IMG/VR virus record: IMGVR_UViG_3300042399_002267
Direction: 5' to 3' (one strand)
Length of the DNA stretch: 64,000 bases
Source: a virus
Part shown: piece by piece, positions 52,227 through 61,536 of the stretch
Layout of the letters: each line of letters opens with the position of its first letter
Position numbering within the stretch: the first letter of the stretch is position 1
The notes under the pieces: generated by a model
Told to the model about the DNA's origin: nothing
Database searches by the model: none
Seen by the model: only the letters and a program-made list of their open reading frames with translations
Translations under genes and position numbers: made by a program

Positions 52227-53782
52227 TATGAAAGAACCCAATCTGCAAGGTTGATTTCTTCTTCATCATCATCTTGGACTCTCTCAAATCCAATTTCTTC
52301 CACTTCATCTAATTTCTTGGGATGCAATGGAGTTTTGCCACCAGTAACTTCAGAAGTTGATTTTACAGTGACATTTCCACTAGCTGCAGTATGATAACCC
52401 ATTATAGTCTCTTGCTCTTCAGGTGTCATTTCTTCAACTTTGTTATATTCTGGATTCATTCTTACTGGAAAAGGATTGAACCAAGCATCGCGCATTTTAA
52501 CAGGATGAAATACACAATATCCCTTTTCACGATTAGGTTCCATTGCAATAGCATATGTGCAAAGGTGCATTAAGTTTTGTCCACCAGAAGCAGCAGCTTG
52601 ATCATAAGACATGAATTTATTAGCTTCTTTGGACTTTCTAGAATCTCTGATAGTTTCTCTGTTTATCTGTTGTGCTGTGATAATTGGAATGTTGTATCTT
52701 TTAGCCATTTTGAATAATTCTGTAATTGCTTTAGATTGATTTTCCCAGTCTTTTGCACCATTGACAGCATTCCTAACAGTCATGTTACCTATGTAGTCAA
52801 CAACTAACATATCTGGTTTGCCTTTAGTAGCAATCAATTCTCTGATTTTTTGATCAATATACTCAGGAGTAGGATCTTCCATGTTTACATCGTATTCAAA
52901 ATAAGCTCCGGATTTAGAATCATTCAACCCATCAACAATAGACTTTAATTCATCTGGAGACAAATTATTATCTTTGAGTTGAGAATATGGAATTTCAAAT
53001 GACAGAGATATATGCCTTAATAGACATAACCAAGAGTTCATTTCAAAAGACATGTAAAGAACATTCTTTTTATTTTTTCTGTGAGCATGAATAGCAGAAT
53101 TCAAAAGCATTACAGATTTTCCACCAGAAGAAGGAGCTAAGAAAACTACAATCTGACCTGGTAACCATCCAAATGTCTTAGTATCGATGTTGCTAACACC
53201 ACATTCAATACCCTTAAATAATTCAGGATGATTTATTCTTTTATCATATTCATTTCTGAAAAAATCACCAGATTGAGTGACATCAAATGAATGTCTATCA
53301 GCACCAAATTCAGAAAGCTCTTCTTGAATTTTGTCTAGATTGTCTCTAATGACATTAACTGTTGATTTGATGTCCTGTTGAGTGAAAGAAGCATGACTTT
53401 CATCCAACATGTCAGTGAGGATGTTGTAGCACCTTCGCTCTTTTATCTGAGAAAGAACTTCATGAAAATCATTTTCATTAACTTCTGTATTTTCAATTTC
53501 TTCCCAAAGAGTGAGTACTTTTGCTTTTGATCTTTCTTTCACCTTAGGGTCATTAAGTTTTTGACCCAATACGTATGATGTAAATAAAGATCCACCTGAC
53601 AATTCATAATACTTAAGGATTAAGTCAAAAATGCCTTTGGTGTATGAAACTGTTTCGCTTTCAGCAATATAATTGAAGTGATCTTTAGTAATATTTTTAG
53701 ACAGCAATTTGTCCATACTTTTAGCACTTTTAGTGATATGGGCAAGTGCTAAAACTTCTAAATCATAGTGTTCTTGACTCAT
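52226..53782 (-). CDS. dnaB: DnaB-like replicative helicase (SF4)
   Basis: APSSGGKS, YMSFEM, VVDY, ITAQQINR and KMRD. Confidence 0.85.
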   Translation of the reverse strand: MSQEHYDLEVLALAHITKSAKSMDKLLSKNITKDHFNYIAESETVSYTKGIFDLILKYYELSGGSLFTSYVLGQKLNDPKVKERSKAKVLTLWEEIENTEVNENDFHEVLSQIKERRCYNILTDMLDESHASFTQQDIKSTVNVIRDNLDKIQEELSEFGADRHSFDVTQSGDFFRNEYDKRINHPELFKGIECGVSNIDTKTFGWLPGQIVVFLAPSSGGKSVMLLNSAIHAHRKNKKNVLYMSFEMNSWLCLLRHISLSFEIPYSQLKDNNLSPDELKSIVDGLNDSKSGAYFEYDVNMEDPTPEYIDQKIRELIATKGKPDMLVVDYIGNMTVRNAVNGAKDWENQSKAITELFKMAKRYNIPIITAQQINRETIRDSRKSKEANKFMSYDQAAASGGQNLMHLCTYAIAMEPNREKGYCVFHPVKMRDAWFNPFPVRMNPEYNKVEEMTPEEQETIMGYHTAASGNVTVKSTSEVTGGKTPLHPKKLDEVEEIGFERVQDDDEEEINLADWVLS

Positions 53783-53785
53783 CTT

Positions 53786-54592
53786 TTACCTTACTGTCTG
53801 TGGTAATCGTATGTGAAGGCAATTCTTAATTAATGAATTCCAACCACTACCACCATTATAATTGAGTATATTTCCAAATGTCATTATAATGGATGGTTTG
53901 CCAGAATTCAATCTAGCTTTGGAAACTCTATCCAGCTGTGGAATTATTTGAGGAGGCATATATTGGTATATCTCCACCCCATCAATAGCAATAAAATCTA
54001 AATGCTTAAATTCTTCTAGTAAAGTATCTGCTTCTGATTTTTTGTCAAAATCAGACAATGTTTGAATCATATCAGCCCAATCATAATATTTAGCAGTGAG
54101 ACCTTGCCTTATTGCAGATTGAACCAAAACACTAGCGATAAATGTCTTGCCAGAGCCATAACTTCCCTCAAACATCATAGAATGAAGATTGTTCCTGATG
54201 TTACCTGTGTGAGTGATCTTTATATTGACCCCATTGCAGATTTTATATAAATTTTTATCATAAAACTTCAACAATGAATAAACCATCTCACTTATTTTTT
54301 GTTGAGGACCAAGATCATTACCCAACGAGTCAGTGCGAGTGTTCCAATCATCTGAAGTTTTTTTATAAAAAAGTGAAGGCACATTTGCTCTTTGAAACAA
54401 CTCAAGAAAAAACTTTTCCTTGGTACAAGTGCACATGACAGCTTTGCCTTGATAGTTTGTTGTGTAACCATTGTAGTCACACACAAAGCAGCCTTTGCCT
54501 TCTTTCATTCTTGCTAGCTTAGCATGATGCTTCATATCATCAACAGTAATTTTCAATCCTATTAAATCTTCAAAGATATCACTGTCGCTCAT
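53786..54592 (-). CDS. DnaC/IstB-like helicase loader ATPase
   Basis: N-terminal CFVC..CTC, Walker A GSYGSGKT and LDFIAID; directly upstream of dnaB. Confidence 0.7.
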   Translation of the reverse strand: MSDSDIFEDLIGLKITVDDMKHHAKLARMKEGKGCFVCDYNGYTTNYQGKAVMCTCTKEKFFLELFQRANVPSLFYKKTSDDWNTRTDSLGNDLGPQQKISEMVYSLLKFYDKNLYKICNGVNIKITHTGNIRNNLHSMMFEGSYGSGKTFIASVLVQSAIRQGLTAKYYDWADMIQTLSDFDKKSEADTLLEEFKHLDFIAIDGVEIYQYMPPQIIPQLDRVSKARLNSGKPSIIMTFGNILNYNGGSGWNSLIKNCLHIRLPQTVR

Positions 54593-56205
54593 TATAAATC
54601 TTCCTCTTTAAAATCTGGCATGTTGTATTTTACATCATTACAAGAAGCATTTCTAGCACGATCTGAAGCCCATTTTCTTAAAGCTTCAATATCTTCTTTC
54701 ATGAGCTTGGAAATGGGAACTGTATTCTCCAGAGATAAAAGAATATCATTTGTTGTGATTTCTCTTTTGTTGTCGCTAAATGCTTCATACAATGCAGATT
54801 CTATAGAGGATTCAATTTCAGCACCAGTATAAAATTGAGATTCTTTTGCCAGTGTAGATAAGTTAAATTTGTCAATATTTCTTCCACGTTTTTCAATGTG
54901 GATTTCAAATATTTTTTTTCTTTCTGTGAGATTTGGAAGATCAACAAAAAATATTTCATCAAATCTGCCTTTTCTCAATAATTCTGGCGGTAGGTTTGAA
55001 ACATCATTAGCTGTTGCAATGACAAAAACTGGCGCTGTTCTTTCTTGCATCCAAGTGAGCCAAGAACCCAAAACTCTTGAAGTTGTTCCACCATCAGTAG
55101 ATCCAGAAGATCTGGTGCCTGACATTCCTTTGTCGATTTCATCACACCATAATATGCAGGGAGCAACTGATTCTGCTACTCTAAATACCTGCCTCATATT
55201 ATTTTCAGATGAACCTACCAGACCTGAAAATACTTTTCCCATATCTAATCTTAGCAATGGAAAATTCCAATAAGAAGATACAGCTTTAGCAAATAAAGAT
55301 TTTCCAGCACCCTGAATACCTACAAGTAAAATACCTTTTGGACTTGAAGGAAGCCCATAATCCACTGCATCTTGTGAAAAAGCATTTTGTCTCTTGTAAA
55401 GCCAAGTTTTCAAGCCATCAAGACCACCAATTTTATCTAGATTTGTCTCTGGGTCAATCCAATCTAGCAAACCTGATTTCCTGATAATATCTTTCTTTTG
55501 CTGGGAAATAGCCTCATTAGAAAGTTCTGAATGTTTTATCATGCAATATGCACACACTTGTTCACATTCAGATAGTGTAAGACCACGAAATGAATTAACA
55601 ATTGAATCTAATTCATCTTCAGTGTATTGAGTCTTGAATTTATCTGCAAGATTTTTTCTTTGGGATGCTCTTTTTAGCAAATCACCAATCTTTATTTTTA
55701 TTTCAGATTTGCTAGGTAATGGATAATCAAGAACAGGAAGAAATTTTTCCAATTCTGAAGGTATTTCTAATGAATTGGAAATGATAACAAGAGTTTTATT
55801 TTCAGTAATAAATTGCTGAGAAAGATTCTTGATTTGCCTTATAATTCTTAATTCAATCTGATTCTTATAGTTATTGGAACCAAAAAATTTATTAAAATCT
55901 TTTACCACTAAAATTGCATATTTATTTTTTGGTACAACAAGATCTTTGAACCAAGTAAGAATTTCATCTTGATCTAGAATTCTTTCGTTTGGTTTTACAG
56001 GTAGAAATTCAGGATATGAAGAGTGTAAGCCAGATACTATATCCCATTGTAATAAATCCCAAGAAGGACTTGCATTTGAACATAATTCGTCAATTGCATC
56101 AACAACTCTGTTTTCTTCTTGGGTGACAAGATAAATGATAGGTCTTTTTGATCTGATCAATAAATCAAGTTCTTTAATTATTTCTTGGGAATCTAGTATA
56201 TTCAT
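54592..56205 (-). CDS. AAA+ ATPase, Ycf46-like
   Basis: LL.RSKRPII...QEE.R, IGGLDGLK.WL, GILLVGIQGAGKS, LWCDEIDK, LPPELLRKGRFDE and TGAEIE. Confidence 0.8.
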   Translation of the reverse strand: MNILDSQEIIKELDLLIRSKRPIIYLVTQEENRVVDAIDELCSNASPSWDLLQWDIVSGLHSSYPEFLPVKPNERILDQDEILTWFKDLVVPKNKYAILVVKDFNKFFGSNNYKNQIELRIIRQIKNLSQQFITENKTLVIISNSLEIPSELEKFLPVLDYPLPSKSEIKIKIGDLLKRASQRKNLADKFKTQYTEDELDSIVNSFRGLTLSECEQVCAYCMIKHSELSNEAISQQKKDIIRKSGLLDWIDPETNLDKIGGLDGLKTWLYKRQNAFSQDAVDYGLPSSPKGILLVGIQGAGKSLFAKAVSSYWNFPLLRLDMGKVFSGLVGSSENNMRQVFRVAESVAPCILWCDEIDKGMSGTRSSGSTDGGTTSRVLGSWLTWMQERTAPVFVIATANDVSNLPPELLRKGRFDEIFFVDLPNLTERKKIFEIHIEKRGRNIDKFNLSTLAKESQFYTGAEIESSIESALYEAFSDNKREITTNDILLSLENTVPISKLMKEDIEALRKWASDRARNASCNDVKYNMPDFKEEDL

Positions 56206-57035
56206 TTTAAAAATTTATCGTATTTAAACCGTGGCTCTCCTGGGTAATCTTCTTCTCGCCACCATGATTCTTTGCTAAACTTCTTTGCTAAAAAAAACAA
56301 ATCTCTCCAATTTAGCAAAGCAAATTCTGGTATGTAAGGAGATCGAGATATTGATTTTTGAAATATATCAGACAATATCTTTTTCTCTTCAACAGTTCCA
56401 GACTCAAATTTAGTAAACAACTTAGATAATCCAGCAACTACATTGTCATAAGATATATCTTTTTGATGAATAAAATAAGTGGCAGCAATAGGAATACCGT
56501 ATTTTGCAAGAATTTCTTTTGATCTACCTTTATCATCCATGTCCTTAACTTCATTAAAAATATCAATCAAGCTAATATTAGCACTGGTAAGAACAACATC
56601 TTGGTAGAATTTATTCAAGAACTTTCGTAGATTCATCAGTAAAAATGAACCTACTGACTGTAGTAAAACAGAGTTATTCAAGAAGCACCAATCAATAAAC
56701 TTTTTGGTCCATATTTGTTTGGGTAATTGATTTTCTTCCATGAAATCAAATATTTCATTAATAAGTTTGTTGTCAGAAATATATGTTATTTTGTATTTGC
56801 CTTTGAAAATTTTATAATATTCTTCTGCAAAATAATCGACAAAATTCTTACTGGACCAATTTTCTATAGAATCAGGCAAAGTCTTATCGTTCTTCTCAAC
56901 CAAAGTAGTTTTCTTTCTCCGTTTGTTGGCAGCAAAAGGATTAGAAAGTTCAGATTGTGAAGGTACAGGTTTAGAATAAATTGACGTGACCATTTCTACT
57001 GTGCTATCCGTTTTTTTAAGACTCATTTTAACCAT
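56202..57035 (-). CDS. Hypothetical protein in the replication operon
   Basis: 277-aa ORF with overlaps on both sides. Confidence 0.6.
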   Translation of the reverse strand: MVKMSLKKTDSTVEMVTSIYSKPVPSQSELSNPFAANKRRKKTTLVEKNDKTLPDSIENWSSKNFVDYFAEEYYKIFKGKYKITYISDNKLINEIFDFMEENQLPKQIWTKKFIDWCFLNNSVLLQSVGSFLLMNLRKFLNKFYQDVVLTSANISLIDIFNEVKDMDDKGRSKEILAKYGIPIAATYFIHQKDISYDNVVAGLSKLFTKFESGTVEEKKILSDIFQKSISRSPYIPEFALLNWRDLFFLAKKFSKESWWREEDYPGEPRFKYDKFLK

Positions 57036-57729
57036 CTATTAGAGATTTTTGTTCTTCTTGGATTACATCATATGTTACAGGTGTCATGTTTGCAATACCG
57101 TCTTTTTTTGTAACCCTTATTATCTTGTTTGCTATTTTTCCAAAGATCTCTTGTCTATGAGTATTAAGAATTAATTGCAAATCATTTTCTTCGACATGGT
57201 ATTTGATAAACTCAATTAGATTTTCCATTTTGCTATCTGCAGATACAGCAGACCATGATTCATCCAAAATGATAAATGCATCATGCTTCTTCATTTTAAG
57301 AAATGCTAATCTGGTCAAAGCACTTGCCACTTCAAGCAATCCACCACCACGGTCATCTATTCCAGTGACTAATTCTTCACCATTTGAATTGGAAACAATT
57401 TCAAAACTGATATTGAAACCAGATTTTTGTCCTTGTTCTCTTTGCTCTTCATGCTTGTTGAATTGAACACGATAATCGTCTCCGTAAATAAACTTAACAC
57501 CTAAAGTTACAATACTTTCAATTGTATCAATAGCTGAATCGCGAATTTCTGTTGCTTTTGAAATCATCATCACTTCAGCCTTTTGAGTATAAGTTTTATC
57601 TAGTTTAAGCTTTTCAAGTTGAGTGTTTAATAAATTTAATCTATCAACATCATTTTTTTTCTGTTTTTCAAGATACTCTAAATGTCTGTCGATTTTGTCG
57701 TACTTTTGTTTAAGATCTTTCAGTGTCAT
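57028..57729 (-). CDS. sbcC: SbcC/Rad50-like ABC ATPase, C-terminal half
   Basis: Coiled coil, then signature-like RGGG, Walker B FIILDES and H-loop LNTH. Confidence 0.7.
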   Translation of the reverse strand: MTLKDLKQKYDKIDRHLEYLEKQKKNDVDRLNLLNTQLEKLKLDKTYTQKAEVMMISKATEIRDSAIDTIESIVTLGVKFIYGDDYRVQFNKHEEQREQGQKSGFNISFEIVSNSNGEELVTGIDDRGGGLLEVASALTRLAFLKMKKHDAFIILDESWSAVSADSKMENLIEFIKYHVEENDLQLILNTHRQEIFGKIANKIIRVTKKDGIANMTPVTYDVIQEEQKSLIDG

Positions 57730-57983
57730 TCTGCGTTTTTTATCTCGCTAAGAATTTGTTCTGCTTCGCCTAATTTTTCAACAAGAGTTTGATCAGTAGA
57801 GTCATATAAACTCTGGAGCTTGTTTACTCCAATCCCATATTTTGTTTTAACCTCTGTAGATGTATTTTTGAAATCTGTGAGAAGAACTTCAAGTTCTTTT
57901 TCTTTAATATCTTTAACAGTTTCAGCTCGTGTGATTTCATCTCGCAAAGCTTTTATTCGTTTTGTGTAATCTGCGATATCCAT
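57726..57983 (-). CDS. Small coiled-coil protein
   Basis: 85 aa with heptad character, between sbcD and the SbcC C-terminal half. Confidence 0.6.
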   Translation of the reverse strand: MDIADYTKRIKALRDEITRAETVKDIKEKELEVLLTDFKNTSTEVKTKYGIGVNKLQSLYDSTDQTLVEKLGEAEQILSEIKNAE

Positions 57984-58970
57984 TTATGCCTCTGTCTTTT
58001 TAGTGTTGTTGTTGAACTTTATCATAGCATTTACAGCAATTTCAATTACTTCTTCTTCAACATCTCTCGCCTTTGCAAAATCTTTAATCGCTTCAATTTT
58101 GTCTTCCAAAGTTGTGTAAGACCATGTACCAGATTGAAATGATGCAGTTTGCTTTACAAATTCCTTAAGTTCTTGCTTTACAGCTTTCTCTTCTTTGATT
58201 TCTTCCAATCTGAAAACTTGCTCTGCTGGCAAGGCAGTTTTCAAAGGAATATATTCAATATTGTATGTATTTCCATCCAAATCGTATTCCATCAATACAA
58301 CATAGATATCTCTTTCCAAATTGTCTTTTTTAGCAGATGTTCTTCCTACAGCCCCTGGATTGATGAACATTCTGCCATCACTTCTTTCCTGGGACATAGG
58401 TGTATGAATATGACCAGCAAACACAACTTGGGTATTAGGATGAAGTGGTAAATCCTTAAACATCGTGACTCGATACATACTGTTAGGCTTGTCTGATATA
58501 GCAGCATGACATGCCCAAATAACTGCAGGTTGAGTGGTCAAGAATCCATTTTCAAGACTCTCCTCAATATCTGGAATAAAATGAGCAAATGCTACGCTAA
58601 ATTCAGCACAGTAATCCATTTTTTCAATGACATTTGCTTCAATCAAAGATCCTAAATCAGATTCCATGAGTGGATATGAACTTTCGATATCATGATTGCC
58701 CACAACAACGAATTTTCTGAATGACCATGGTTCTCCATTTTTTTGACTATGCAAATGTTTGATCAGAGTGTTTCTTGTTTTTGGTCCTGATAGCCTGTGG
58801 TCAAAAATATCGCCTAAATATATAACATAATCAACTTTATTAGCTTCCGCTATCTCTAAGGTTTCTAGAAATTTATTTGTCGATGTGAGCCAATATTCAT
58901 CAATTCTATTGGCTGGATTTTTGTCTTTGCAATGGTTGTCACCCACAACAAGTGTTTTGATTTTTTTCAA
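57984..58970 (-). CDS. sbcD: SbcD/Mre11-like nuclease (calcineurin-like phosphoesterase)
   Basis: GDNH, LGDIFD, GNHD, CH, AGHIH and NPGA. Confidence 0.85.
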   Translation of the reverse strand: MKKIKTLVVGDNHCKDKNPANRIDEYWLTSTNKFLETLEIAEANKVDYVIYLGDIFDHRLSGPKTRNTLIKHLHSQKNGEPWSFRKFVVVGNHDIESSYPLMESDLGSLIEANVIEKMDYCAEFSVAFAHFIPDIEESLENGFLTTQPAVIWACHAAISDKPNSMYRVTMFKDLPLHPNTQVVFAGHIHTPMSQERSDGRMFINPGAVGRTSAKKDNLERDIYVVLMEYDLDGNTYNIEYIPLKTALPAEQVFRLEEIKEEKAVKQELKEFVKQTASFQSGTWSYTTLEDKIEAIKDFAKARDVEEEVIEIAVNAMIKFNNNTKKTEA

Positions 58971-60130
58971 ATTAATTCACCACCAAATTTGTTACAAATA
59001 TCGCAAACAATCTTTTCATCAATCAAGATAGTTTTGATTCTCTCATACTCTTGCTTATCAGTATCAATCTTGCTAGCTAAATTTGAAATTTCATTATTTT
59101 TAGTGTCAATCAAAGTTTTCTGGTCAGAAAAAAAATCAATAAACTTTTTCAAATCATTCAATTTATTTTTCAATGATTCAATGTCAGAAATTGATTGCAC
59201 GAAGTTGTCATCACAAATGGCTGTAGCTTTTGAGATTTCAGTTTCAAGAGCTGCTTTATTATTGTTGTATTTATTTACTATTTTTATATATGCAGATAGA
59301 TTTTTAAATTTATCTTCTAAAGTTTCCAAATCATTCAAATGATCAGACACGGAGTTTATTATTTTGTCACATTCGCCAATGGTGTTAGAAATTTCACGAT
59401 TAGAATCTTTTAATCTTTGAAGTTTATCTATATATTCAGAAATCTGTTTGCAATCTTGCTCAATCAAAGTGCAATTATTTAAAAGTTCTTCAAGATTTAT
59501 TTTGTGAAGTAAATCATTTTCTAAATCAGCGTATTTTTCATCAATCTCAGATTTAAGCTGATCATAATCTTTGGATTTTGATTTAAAAGATTTTTCAATT
59601 GTATGCACTTCAGATCCAAGATTTTTACCCACTTCTTCAAGATCTCCAATATTGAGAAGTTGAGATAAAGTTTTGGGCATAGATTGTGATGTCTGATCAA
59701 TCAAAAATAATTTCTTCGATTGTTTGGCATAATACAAGGCTTTGTTTTCTTCATCTTTTGGTAAGTTCAGAAGAAAAGTATTTACAGCCTCAGGGTATTT
59801 TGTGCTAAAGTTTGAATACACAGTGAAGTTTTCATCTTCAGGATGTTTGAATTCAACTTTATTTACACTGTCGCCCTTGGAACGTGATATCACTCTGCCA
59901 TCAGAAAATTCAACTGTTACTTTAGCAAACTTAGCCTTTGTTAGTTTATTAACGTAGGATGTGCCTGAAGACATATTGTCAAGAACAAACATCAACGCTC
60001 TGACAAAAGCTGTTTTTCCACTGTCTGAAGTGCCAGTGATAATATTCGTACCAGGCTCAAGAGTGACAAATGTATCTTTGTGATTGGCAAAGTTTTCTAT
60101 CCTGACGCTTTTTATATGATTTCCATTCAT
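58967..60130 (-). CDS. sbcC: SbcC/Rad50-like ABC ATPase, N-terminal half ending in a Zn hook
   Basis: IENFANH, Walker A GTSDSGKT, Q-loop YAKQ, coiled coil and terminal CDIC. Confidence 0.8.
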   Translation of the reverse strand: MNGNHIKSVRIENFANHKDTFVTLEPGTNIITGTSDSGKTAFVRALMFVLDNMSSGTSYVNKLTKAKFAKVTVEFSDGRVISRSKGDSVNKVEFKHPEDENFTVYSNFSTKYPEAVNTFLLNLPKDEENKALYYAKQSKKLFLIDQTSQSMPKTLSQLLNIGDLEEVGKNLGSEVHTIEKSFKSKSKDYDQLKSEIDEKYADLENDLLHKINLEELLNNCTLIEQDCKQISEYIDKLQRLKDSNREISNTIGECDKIINSVSDHLNDLETLEDKFKNLSAYIKIVNKYNNNKAALETEISKATAICDDNFVQSISDIESLKNKLNDLKKFIDFFSDQKTLIDTKNNEISNLASKIDTDKQEYERIKTILIDEKIVCDICNKFGGELI

Positions 60131-60615
60131 TTCATCATAATACTATCCAATAAATCAGGAAAATGCAATTCTATAAATTCATCCTTGACTAAAGAAAGTA
60201 CATCATTTATTTCGTTGAGTTTTGGAATATAAATTTTATTTATTTGAGCTTCTTCAATGATTATTAGCCCTCGCATTGAGCAACATTTTGATTGTTTTTG
60301 GTCAATAAAAATTCTATTACACGATGCACATGTAAATTTGCATTTTGAATACAAGGGTATTGCTATTTGCGATTCCGTATTTATATCATGAGATGCAAAT
60401 GATAAATATGTTGAAGAATGATAATCTTTATTGTAATGACATGTTTTCTTAATAATCTTACCTTCAGTTTCAATTTCAATAATCTTTTTTTGTTTTATTT
60501 TATAATTATCACTGAAGGCAAATTTGTTGTCTGAAATTTTATATGGTTCTGCCACTTTTACCATAATTTCATTTTTGAATTTGGTGAATCTATATAAATG
60601 AGAAGGGGTATTCAT
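60127..60615 (-). CDS. Hypothetical protein with a Cys cluster
   Basis: CASC..CC; stop overlaps the sbcC start (ATGA). ATG 60615 is preferred because the longer start overlaps the divergent gene. Confidence 0.5.
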   Translation of the reverse strand: MNTPSHLYRFTKFKNEIMVKVAEPYKISDNKFAFSDNYKIKQKKIIEIETEGKIIKKTCHYNKDYHSSTYLSFASHDINTESQIAIPLYSKCKFTCASCNRIFIDQKQSKCCSMRGLIIIEEAQINKIYIPKLNEINDVLSLVKDEFIELHFPDLLDSIMMK

Positions 60616-60616
60616 A

Positions 60617-60811
60617 ATGAAAATACTTATTGATAAAGATATGTTATTGATGGATTTATACGAATTAAGAAAACATATTATGGAGGCAGCATTAATTTCT
60701 GATGATGCAAAAGAAGCAAAAGACAAGCTTGATAAAGTTGTTCAAATGATACAAACTTATCCTGATGCAGAAGTTACTTCATCATTCCCAAAAACGAGGC
60801 TAAAAAGATGA
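60617..60811 (+). CDS. Small hypothetical protein
   Basis: 64 aa with SD AAGGGG; ATGA-coupled to the next gene. Confidence 0.55.
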   Translation: MKILIDKDMLLMDLYELRKHIMEAALISDDAKEAKDKLDKVVQMIQTYPDAEVTSSFPKTRLKR

Positions 60812-61050
60812 CACAGGCTCAATTAGATAAAATAATGGAGTTAGCTGAAAATGGCGAAATCTCTATAACAGAAATTGGAAAAATCTGCGGGGCTCTTTTA
60901 GAATCCAATAGTAGACATTTTAAAGAGATAAAATCTAAAATGAAATCTTTGGAAGAACAATTATCCAGTGTAGAAGAAAAGCTGGATATGATTATTGAAA
61001 ATCAAAGTCCAGCTTTTGGAATTATTGTTGAGGATGACGAGGAAGACTAA
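60808..61050 (+). CDS. Small coiled-coil hypothetical protein
   Basis: 80 aa, coupled start, acidic tail. Confidence 0.55.
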   Translation: MTQAQLDKIMELAENGEISITEIGKICGALLESNSRHFKEIKSKMKSLEEQLSSVEEKLDMIIENQSPAFGIIVEDDEED

Positions 61051-61523
61051 TCTTCCTCGTTTGCTTTTGTGTCTGCTAAATTTACTTCAATTCTGAATCT
61101 TTGATCAGTTTCGTAGCTTGCAAAAATACCAGTGCTTACTTGATAAACTTGGGTGCTGCCAGTGTATGGACATGTGATTGTGTAGTTCCCTTCATCATCA
61201 ATAACCATTTCACCAAGTTCAAGCTTGTTTCTACTTTTTACATTCTTTTCAGCATCAGAAGTAGTGTCGTAATCAATATCAATTACTCCTAATGCTCGCT
61301 CACCCTCACTTGTAAGATCATCATCATCAAAATCGTCCAATAAATCAATATCATCAATTGGAACTTCAATTTCAACTAGCTGTCCATCTTTTTCAACTGT
61401 CACTTTATGAAATTGAAAATTGTGCAAACTGCCACTAATCTCATTGATTTCACTAAATGCAGATTCTGTTTGTGCTAATGCAGTGGCAGCATCAGCAATT
61501 GTTCCACTTACTTTTCTTTCCAT
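61047..61523 (-). CDS. Acidic hypothetical protein
   Basis: 158 aa with SD AAGGA. Confidence 0.6.
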   Translation of the reverse strand: MERKVSGTIADAATALAQTESAFSEINEISGSLHNFQFHKVTVEKDGQLVEIEVPIDDIDLLDDFDDDDLTSEGERALGVIDIDYDTTSDAEKNVKSRNKLELGEMVIDDEGNYTITCPYTGSTQVYQVSTGIFASYETDQRFRIEVNLADTKANEED

Positions 61524-61536
61524 AGGTGTATCCTTT

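Noticed and set aside
20816-53782. Inteins or group I introns in terL, nrdA, recA, dnaE and dnaB
   Set aside because: The genes are uninterrupted, and the insertions in TerL and DnaE lack C/S...HN splice motifs and LAGLIDADG or HNH domains.
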